Below are positions 21,501 to 30,400 of a stretch of 31,868 bases of DNA, one piece after another. The position numbers and the translations under genes are program-made. Source of the DNA: Thraustochytrium aureum (taxonomy: Eukaryota); assembly GCA_012862495.1 (NCBI GenBank), contig BLSG01000001.1, positions 134,638 through 166,505 of the forward strand. The letters are read 5' to 3'. Numbering within the stretch: position 1 is the stretch's first letter; every line of letters begins with the position of its first letter. A model generated the notes under the pieces. The model saw only the letters and a list, made by a program, of their open reading frames with translations. It searched no databases and was not told where the DNA came from.

Positions 21501-24500
21501 CTTTTGGTTGAACGGGTAGTCATGAGAAGGCGCCAAAGTCCGTCTTCGGAATTGAGTTTCGTCAACATGCCTCAGAATCACAAGTTTCTCGCTCAAAGCG
21601 AGCTGGGACAAACAAGCGCTGCGGAAATCGAGCGCGACGGCGACGGCGATTGCAACATGGCTCATTCAGAAGATGAAACCGACGGCGCGAAGTACGGCCT
21701 TGAGGTTGTCCTGTCGGATGGAACTGTATATCCAACATCCCGCATTCGGGATGCGTACTTTGCTCAAGAACGAGCAACCAGCGTACCGTGGTCTGTGACC
21801 AGTGTCGAGCAATCAACGACACCGCCATCGCGTGTCGCGACGCGACTGGATGCGGAAGCCTATGTCTTGAGTGGGGGCGTTGCGCTCCGTGCGACGCCAA
21901 GTTTGCAAAAGCGCAGCGTCGTACCTTTGCCCTCCGACTCCTGGGGAGAAGACACTTGGACAAATCCCCCAAACGAAGCCGCGAGATTCCATGCTTCCGT
22001 CGGGCAATCGAGCGAGTCCAGCGACTTTATCTATCACAGCGGCTCAGGTGCAGTCGCTACTTTGGAGTCTTTCCAGTTCATCGTGGCGAGTCCGTTCCAC
22101 ACGGACGATTGGTTTGCTTGTGACGAAGACGAACGCACTTTCGTGCGAGCGCGAGTGTGGTCGTCGAGCCAGAGGCTTGGCGGACCGTGTGACCTCGATA
22201 TTGCATCCCTTGAACATGGCCATAGCGTATCAGCCATTGTGAACTCCGAGGGCTGCACGTTCGTTTACAGCTCGTTCTTACGCGGAGAAGACAGGTCTCG
22301 CAATATTGTAGACAAAGCCCAGGCAATCTACTTTGAGCGCCGCAATGGCTGGGTCGTTCCAAGGCGACGTCAGGACGTAATCAGTAGCGACAAGATATCA
22401 GACGAGGTTGACAGGATCCGCGCTATGCAATATTGCACGAGCTTGAGCGGCCGGTTCATCGCCGAACTTCGAATTGTTGGCGAGCAGCAATACGTTCGGC
22501 TTGGGGACTTTTCGACTGGTGGGGCGGCCACAGAGGTCCATTTGAGCGGGTTTGAAAAGCACAAGGGCCTCGGGGATGCGTTTTTCGACCCAACCCGTGA
22601 CGACCTCCTTTGGGTGCTGACCTGCGAGAGCCAAGCAAGCGCTGTCAGCTTCACAGCTTTGAACGTTGCCCAGCATCATGAGCAACTTGTTGAGGAGCAG
22701 GCCGAAAAGCTGGAGATTGACGTTCGACCATACAAAGTTCACGTGCCCGCGGCTCGGGGCGTTTCTTCTCGATGCCACGTCGCGATGTGGGCGTCGACGG
22801 CCGATGGCGACTCCGAAGTCGCTCTGGTGCTCGACCTCCGATCAGGCAAGCTAGGATGTGCCGTAAACCTTGATATCTTGCGGCTCGATCCATCGGAAGC
22901 AGAGAAGCTATTCGCCGTGTTCTCAGAGTCGTGCGAGCGCGTTCTCTTCGCTTCTCACCGGGATTGCAACGGTATCCTGGTTTGCGACGTCAGGACAGGC
23001 TCGCAGCTTGCACACGTCTTTACCTCAGTCCCGGGGGCTATCCTCAGCGTCGCGTTTGCGCCAGGAGATGGAGACCTCCTAAATATTCTCGGGGCACAAG
23101 ATGGGTTTATTTCGTCTGAGCTCCTTCCAATGCATCCGCCGTGGTCGTCCAGCGACGGACTCGAGGTCCCCACCTCCTCAGTTGCATGCTGGAGAGCAGC
23201 TCCGCATTTTGACGGCACCATGCTTATCGAAACGGAAAGGCGGGCGAGGCCAGGCCTTGCGTGGACCCGGTATGCTGAACTGACGACGTTTGACGGGTCA
23301 GTTACCTATCGCCGCTTGCTCGATGCTGATGAAAACGGCAATACAAAGATTCCGGTGCAGAGTGAAATCGCAGTGGGCGACGTCAGGGCGCGCCACGCGG
23401 TTATCGCGGCTGGCAACGACGGGTTTGCAGTCGTGGATACTGGATCTGGGATGGACCTTGCGTTGGTGTCTGGCAAGTCGAACAGACCGCAAGAGCTTCA
23501 ATCACAGTATACGGTTGCCCGCACTGTTGCAAAAGCGGACTTCACCGCCTGGCCTCTCCTCGGCTGCGTTCTCACGCGGCTGGTTCGGAAGACCTCTGAG
23601 AGCCTGGAGACGGGGCCGCCGGCGTTGCCGTCCGCAGCATCCAAAAATTCGGCTCTTGCGGAAATGCAGGTCATCTTTGAAGTGCGTCTGGTTTGCAGTG
23701 CCGTGGTGAACGGGATAGCCGCGGTGCAACAGCAGCAGCCTTTATTGCTGCGATTCGGCTCTCGCAGTGCGACAGCGGACTTTCACATCTGGGGAGCTTC
23801 AACAAAAGCGGACTGGACAGTGTTGGCTTGCGCGGTCCTTTTGGACGGCACAAGCCTTCAATTATGGGCAATCCGTCGAGTTTTCGGCGAGTTCAAGTGT
23901 GTCATGGTCGCTCAGTTTCAGGTTCCTCTGGGCTCGCGCTGCGTTGGAGCGCACTCGAATCTGAGAGGCGCGGGACGGGTGTGCTTGGCAAGCCAAGGGT
24001 CCAGTGTGGTCCTCGACGTCCACCCGGAGCACCTCGTAAATGACGGAGAGAAGCCAACGCTCACAGTCGTGCCAGAGGACAAGATGGCAGATTGGAAGCA
24101 TCTTCCATTGATGACGTGGCCTCTGCGACGCAAGGCCGCGCCGTGGATCGAGCTCTGGATTCTGTACGCAAAGTGGCTCGCACGCAACCCAAGAGTGACG
24201 GTGTTTGCGTTGGACAAATCCTTGCGCCCAGACGCTATTGTTTCAATCCACTACTCTGCCGAGACAGGCGGAACGTCAAGGCAGTGGTTTCATGACCTCA
24301 AGGGCCATGTGCTACTTCCGTATCGGCCTCGGGAGTTTCTTGATGAAGTCCCAGAGGCCATGGCGCTGCTTTTGAAAGAACACGGCCATTTCGCGGCGAC
24401 CCAGAGCTGCGCCATCCTCGACGGCAACCCGGCCTCTGGCCAGCCTCGGGCCTCGCTGGCGCACTGGCTGGCCATGGGTCGCAAGCCAAAAGCGATTTGC

Positions 24501-26399
24501 GCCTTGTGCATAATTGCTGCAAGTGGTGACAGTGGCGACAGCTGGAGTACCAGTGAAGGCCAAGGCAGTGCTGGCCAAGACGGCAACGAGTCCCAGCAGT
24601 CGGCGCAAATAGGCGAACTGGGGTCCAAGTACCGCCCGCTGCCGCCCCTATTGGACGGAGAAGGACTCACGGCGCTCTCGATTGCCGTCAAAGCCGGCAT
24701 GCACGACGCCATAGATTGCCTCGTGGAGTCTTACGCGGCCTACATTGCCGCAGCATCGGGGCCAGCCTACGACCGCGCCATTGCAGCACTCTCGCGCGAA
24801 GGCGACGGGAGACTGTGGTTGCTTTTGCTTGAAGGAGCGCCGCGCTCGTTTGTCAAACTCTTTTGCGCAATCGGCGTCCGGCGCCTCGGTACGGTTGGTG
24901 CAGTTCCAACGGCCGCGGTTCGGCTCTTGCCGAGCGAGAAGACAATGTCCAAGCACGAGGAAGCCGCGCTCGCCTGGGGCCCTGCGCAATCCGATCTGGC
25001 CGGCCACTTCTTGAAAAATGCGGCTGGAGCCGCGATCGCCAAAGTGACCCGCGCCTGGGTTCCGACGCCAGTGGAACTCGAGGCCAGGCAAGTCGCGATT
25101 CCCTTTCTTTGCGACGAGGGGGAATTGTTCGACTTGATCATCGAACGGCACATGTCGGACGTGTTCCAAGTGGAGGCGATCCAGCTCGTGGTCAATTATC
25201 GCTGGCGCGCATTCGCTCGGGCGGCTTATGCGGCCAAGCTGGCCCTGTACTGCGCGCTCCTTGTCTGCTTTACCCTTTCAGTTCTTGCGCCGTCCCCCTG
25301 GTGGGACGCAAGCTCCTCGACGTTGTCGTGTTTGTTCTTCCTGCACGAGCTGCACCAAGCTCGCATCGAGGGCCTGCGGGCGTACCTCCACTCGCCGTGG
25401 AACTTTTTGGAGCTTGTGGCATTTTCCTTGTCGGCAAGCCGGTCGATGCAGCAGCGGAGCGCAGTAACAGGAGCGTTGGGCGACGGCGAGCTCAACGCCG
25501 GCGTTGCGCTCCTCCTCTACATCGACTTGGTCCACTTTATGCATGCATTCCCGTGGACGTCGCCCTTGGTGAGCATGACCATGCGAATTTTGCGGGACAT
25601 GGCCCCGTTTATGGTTCTTCAAGCAGTGGTGTTGGTTGGCTTTGCAGTGGCGTTCGCTGCTTCTCTTCCAGGGTCCGCTGCGTTTGCCACGCCGGGAGCC
25701 TCGCTGTTGACGCTTTTCAGGATGCTTTTGGGCGACTTTGAGGATGACACGTTTCAAACTACGCTCGGCTCTTTGCTATTCTCGCTGTACATGGCCTTTG
25801 CGGTGATCGTTTTGCTCAACCTCCTGATCGCCATCATGGGCGACTCGTACGATCGGATCCGCGAAGTCCAGGCGCTTGAGGGGCGCCTCTTGCGCGCCTC
25901 CGTGGTGCGGTCCGTTGAGAAGCTCTACATTAGCAACTGGCTTCGGCGGAGAAACCCGCACTGGTTTCCTCGCCACGTCAACGCCTTGCTCCCAAAAGAG
26001 TCTGGGCAAGGAGGGCTAGAGTTCGGCGAGGCCTGGCAAGGTCGGCTCAGCGCGATCAAGTTGGTCGTCTCAAGTGCGATCACCAGCGTCAAGCACGACC
26101 TGCTACGCGCGCAGACGGCCACCGAGCATCGGCTGGTGCAGCTGAGCGACAAGCCGACCTCGGCAATCTCTGTCGATTCGACGAATCTCGCCGGGGGGGG
26201 CAGAGACGGCGGAGAAAAGCTGGAGTTGGAAGTGCGCCGACTCTGTGAGGACCTAAGCCGGCTGCGTACCGAAAGCAGCGCTGTCCGAGCGGACCTCGAC
26301 GAGCTCAAGGCCAGCATGGCGCAAGTTGTGGCGCTGTTGCTCGCGCAGCAGTCCACGCCTGCCGGCGCAGCAAATGGGGCGTCAGCGTCTCCTCCTTAG
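18569..26399 (+). CDS. Giant (~2600 aa) TRP-like cation channel with WD40-like N-terminal region, ankyrin-like repeat(s), 6TM ion-transport domain and C-terminal coiled coil; apparent frameshift between 19572 and 19879
   Basis: Overlapping ORFs 18410-19879 and 19614-26399. WD40-like segments: VTCVSVSADGKTVAIGDDMGCICVV and AILSVAFAPGDGDLL. Ankyrin-like segment: DGEGLTALSIAVKAGMHDAIDCLVE. TRP hallmarks: IQLVVNYRW, YLHSPWNFLEL, LVSMTMRILRDMAPFM, F..PGASLLTLFRMLLGDF, IVLLNLLIAIMGDSYDRI. The start is uncertain (ATG 18569, or 18410). Confidence 0.85.
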
Positions 26400-26754
26400 A
26401 GCTGTCGCCGCGCTTGCCAGACGCGGACACGCCCCTGCGGAGCTTCAAAGTTTTGCAGCTGGCAGGTGCAGTACATTCCCTTGAGGCTGCTGAGATGAGG
26501 ATGCGGGAAGCACGCAAACGGCGCAGCATGTTTTGGCGATACATAGCAGGCGCGACGGAGGTATCGAGACATACTCGCCTGTTGGTAGACGAAGAACTTC
26601 GGCCGTGCCGCTTCGTTCTCTTTCTTGACCTTCGTTTTTTGGCGCCTTCATGTTCCGGCGCCCCGCCCATACAACTCCATGTAGACGATGAAAGAAAAAG
26701 CGAGCACATGTACTAGTACCGGTAGGTGAGGTACTCGAGTACAGGAGCACATAC

Positions 26755-26834
26755 CAACACAGCAACCACTTCGGGTACAGTTGTTGAGAGAACTCAACAC
26801 AGCAACCGCTTCGGGTACAGTTGTTGAGAGAACT
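26755..26834. repeat. Tandem duplication, 2 x 40 bp (one mismatch)
   Basis: CAACACAGCAACC(A/G)CTTCGGGTACAGTTGTTGAGAGAACT at 26755-26794 and 26795-26834. Confidence 0.95.
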
Positions 26835-27415
26835 CGTTGCTCGTGTTGATGATCATGATGTTCCCATCGCCGTCGCTCGAGCACGTTCGAGCNNNNNNNN
26901 NNNNNNNNNNNNNNNNNNNNNNNNNNNNNNNNNNNNNNNNNNNNNNNNNNNNNNNNNNNNNNNNNNNNNNNNNNNNNNNNNNNNNNNNNNNNNNNNNNNN
27001 NNNNNNNNNNNNNNNNNNNNNNNNNNNNNNNNNNNNNNNNNNNNNNNNNNNNNNNNNNNNNNNNNNNNNNNNNNNNNNNNNNNNNNNNNNNNNNNNNNNN
27101 NNNNNNNNNNNNNNNNNNNNNNNNNNNNNNNNNNNNNNNNNNNNNNNNNNNNNNNNNNNNNNNNNNNNNNNNNNNNNNNNNNNNNNNNNNNNNNNNNNNN
27201 NNNNNNNNNNNNNNNNNNNNNNNNNNNNNNNNNNNNNNNNNNNNNNNNNNNNNNNNNNNNNNNNNNNNNNNNNNNNNNNNNNNNNNNNNNNNNNNNNNNN
27301 NNNNNNNNNNNNNNNNNNNNNNNNNNNNNNNNNNNNNNNNNNNNNNNNNNNNNNNNNNNNNNNNNNNNNNNNNNNNNNNNNNNNNNNNNNNNNNNNNNNN
27401 NNNNNNNNNNNNNNN

Positions 27416-27952
27416 GAGATCACGTTTTACGCGAATGGGTTTACCGTTGGCGACGGGCCCTTGCGCGAGCGCGGCGTCCCGGAGAACGACAGGTTTCTCG
27501 CCGAGGTGTCCCAGGGCTATTGCCCGAGCGAGCTTGTCGTGAACGGCAAGCCGTCTGCGATCCAAATCGTGGATAAGCGCGGGGACACTTTCAAGCCGCC
27601 GGCCTACGTTGCGTTTAGCGGTGGTGGCCAGAGCGCTGGAGATGCCGCGGCGAAGCCGACGGGGTCCGTCGTGACGCCCGGGGCGGCTGGAGCCAAGCTT
27701 TCGGTCAACGAGGCGGAGCCGACGATTCGAGTTCAGCTTGTTTTCGAGAACCGCAAGCGCCAAGTCGTCACGCTCAACAAGACGCACACGGTGCGCGACC
27801 TGATCGGCGTGATCGACGCCTCTGGTAACGTCAATGGGCCCTACCAGATGCTGACATCTGTGCGCGGGCCACCGAAGCCCATCACCGCGTTTGACCAAAC
27901 GGTGGTGGACGCGGGCCTCGCTGGGGCGGCAGTGACGATAAAGGGCGCCTAA
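27416..27952 (+). CDS. NSFL1C: p47/NSFL1C/Shp1-type p97 (Cdc48) cofactor, SEP-SHP-UBX; 5'-partial (gap)
   Basis: SEP domain ITFYANGFTVGDGPLR...ENDRFLAEVSQGYCPSEL, SHP box AFSGGGQS, UBX domain PTIRVQL...LNKTHTVRDL...DQTVVDAGL. Confidence 0.9.
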   Translation, partial: EITFYANGFTVGDGPLRERGVPENDRFLAEVSQGYCPSELVVNGKPSAIQIVDKRGDTFKPPAYVAFSGGGQSAGDAAAKPTGSVVTPGAAGAKLSVNEAEPTIRVQLVFENRKRQVVTLNKTHTVRDLIGVIDASGNVNGPYQMLTSVRGPPKPITAFDQTVVDAGLAGAAVTIKGA

Positions 27953-28097
27953 TGGGCCAACTTCTCGCACTTATGCATGAAAAATACAGTGTGGGATCTT
28001 TTCTGCCTCGCTTGTCACTGCAGCGAACGCTGCCTCTCGGGGGGCTTGGTCGAGGGCGGTCGTCGTTGCTCTCATCTCTAGAGAGAGAGAAACTGCC

Positions 28098-28628
28098 TTA
28101 TTTTTGGGCCGGCACCGGCACCGCTTGATGCACAATGACTGTCGTGTACTGCCTCCTGCAGCAGCAGCAGTAAATCAAGAGAGCGATAATGATGAATCCA
28201 CCTACGCCGGCTACAATAAGGATTGTAAGTAAGGTCCCGGCAATTGCTGTCGCCGAATCAGCGAAGTCCTCCAATAGATTGCAAGCCGCCTCAGAGTTGG
28301 CGAAAAGTATCTCAGTCGAGTACGACGCGGACGACGTGGCCTTGCACAGCTTGGCTGAACAATCAAAGATGAACTCGGCCTCCGATTTCTCTGGAGTGCT
28401 GCAAATGCAGCTGTCCGAATCGACCGCTGTGGAAAAGGATTCCAAGATGTAACCAGAACAGGTCGAAGTGCTCCACGTGCCGCAGCCACGCGCATCCTCC
28501 CATGCATACTCTGACGACCCAGCCGGGCCTTCGCAGCAGAACGACTCGCCTGCCTGGCAAGTAACCGTGCCGCTGCTCGCGCCAATGAGCGCGAAGCCGA
28601 AAACTACGGCCGCGATATTCTTGACCAT
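28098..28628 (-). CDS. Small Cys-rich type I membrane protein (Shisa-like architecture), 176 aa
   Basis: N-terminal signal-peptide-like MVKNIAAVVFGFALIGASSG, Cys-rich ectodomain, TM segment LLTILIVAGVGGFIIIALLIY, juxtamembrane CCCCRR and a short tail. Confidence 0.8.
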   Translation of the reverse strand: MVKNIAAVVFGFALIGASSGTVTCQAGESFCCEGPAGSSEYAWEDARGCGTWSTSTCSGYILESFSTAVDSDSCICSTPEKSEAEFIFDCSAKLCKATSSASYSTEILFANSEAACNLLEDFADSATAIAGTLLTILIVAGVGGFIIIALLIYCCCCRRQYTTVIVHQAVPVPAQK

Positions 28629-29604
28629 CTTGCCACTCTCGTGATTCGGTTGGCTCCTTCGCGCGAGGCTGCCAAGCCACGATGATCTGGCTGCTCAAAC
28701 TCGAACTGCGTTCGGTGCTTCTCGGTCTGCGTTCGGTGTCTGCCTGGTCCTGTGCAAAGCCCAGGCAAGTCCAACGGATACTTTCCCCCTTTCCCTATTC
28801 CACCTACCTCGAGCTAGAGCACTTCTTCGCTCGTGCGGCCTGTAGCTGCGGAGCTTGCCATCGCACACTTGTTCGGATCGAGTTTGCTCCTGCCAACCGT
28901 ACCGGTATGGGCGCCGCGGTGACTGGTTCGCAGCTTGCAAACGGAGACAGAAGACTTTCAACCAAGTACTCGAACGCCGAGCCGGTTTTCAATGCAACCC
29001 AACGCGCTGCCTTTCTTGCGTCCGCCCGCTTTCGCGTTCAACCAAATCGAGTACCAAGGGCCCAAGCACGACGAAGACGAACGGATGCATGCTACTCGAT
29101 CGATCGCGCACTGCCAGCCAACGGGCACGGTCGCCGAACGGGGTCCTGAATGCACCAATGCGACAGCTGTTTGTACACAGAAACGAAAGGGCGACGAGCC
29201 CGACGGTCTGAAAATGAGCCTGCTTTGCCCCCTAGCTGTTGCCTCTGTTGCGCGGGTGCTAACCGCTAGCAGCGGTTGCTCTGAGCCTCGACGCCGGCGA
29301 TGAACGGATGCATCGCACGAGCGCCAAGGCCTGCGATCCACACCAACGGCGCCCGCTGGCTTGAAAGAGCGCCGGTCGGCCCAACGGGCGCCGGTTTCTG
29401 GACTCAATCCTGTCCGAGGCGCCTTGGTCGCTCGCCGGGCATCGCTGTCGTCGTCGTCGTGGGAGCCAATCAAACCTCCGGGCCCAAGAGTTGCATCTTC
29501 CCGAGGCCGGATGCTGTCCCGCTGGTCTTGGCCGTGATGTACTCGAGCGCGACGAGCTCGGGATAGTTGGCCATCGACGACCCAGGAACGCGGAGGTGCG
29601 TCCG

Positions 29605-29669
29605 TCAACGAACACACCACGAGCAGCGCAGCACTCATCAACGAACGCACCACGAGCAGCGCAGCACTC
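29605..29669. repeat. Tandem duplication, 2 x 33 bp
   Basis: TCAACGAAC(A/G)CACCACGAGCAGCGCAGCACTC(A) at 29605-29637 and 29638-29669. Confidence 0.93.
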
Positions 29670-29786
29670 TGATGTCAGAGTCATCTCCAATGGCACGCTG
29701 AGCGTGCGGTTCATTATGCTCCTTGTGTTCATTATCCATTGAATCACGTGCACGTATCTTGCTTGCTTGGCCGACACGAGGACCAC

Positions 29787-29805
29787 CAGACAGACAGACA
29801 GACAG
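29787..29805. repeat. (CAGA)n microsatellite running into gap 29806-30178
   Basis: cagacagacagacagacag precedes the gap and acagacag follows it. Confidence 0.9.
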
Positions 29806-30400
29806 NNNNNNNNNNNNNNNNNNNNNNNNNNNNNNNNNNNNNNNNNNNNNNNNNNNNNNNNNNNNNNNNNNNNNNNNNNNNNNNNNNNNNNNNNNNNNNN
29901 NNNNNNNNNNNNNNNNNNNNNNNNNNNNNNNNNNNNNNNNNNNNNNNNNNNNNNNNNNNNNNNNNNNNNNNNNNNNNNNNNNNNNNNNNNNNNNNNNNNN
30001 NNNNNNNNNNNNNNNNNNNNNNNNNNNNNNNNNNNNNNNNNNNNNNNNNNNNNNNNNNNNNNNNNNNNNNNNNNNNNNNNNNNNNNNNNNNNNNNNNNNN
30101 NNNNNNNNNNNNNNNNNNNNNNNNNNNNNNNNNNNNNNNNNNNNNNNNNNNNNNNNNNNNNNNNNNNNNNNNNNNNNNACAGACAGGCAGCAGACCGCAA
30201 TCCATCCTGCGACAGCCGCCGCGGGCAGCAGCAGCAGCAGCAGCGGCAGCGGCAGCGGCAGGCAGCGGCGGTGGCGTTTGCGGCGGGAGCTCGGCTGCAG
30301 GAAGGAGCGGGGCGTGGCGAAGACGCTGGTGCCCGAGTTTTTTGGGCGCAGGACAGACAGGCGGACGGACGAACGAACGCGCGACGGACGCACGCCCGGA

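Noticed and set aside
26305..26765. Short ORFs downstream of the channel gene
   Set aside because: They overlap on both strands and show no recognisable domain or coding signal.
26755..26834. CRISPR-like array from the 40-bp repeats (likewise the 33-bp repeats at 29605-29669)
   Set aside because: The units are directly adjacent with no spacers, there are only two copies, no cas genes are present and the context is eukaryotic.
28682..29742. Several 80-230 aa ORFs between the membrane-protein gene and PFAS
   Set aside because: Their composition is Arg/Ala/Ser-rich and random-like with no motifs. I treat the region as intergenic.
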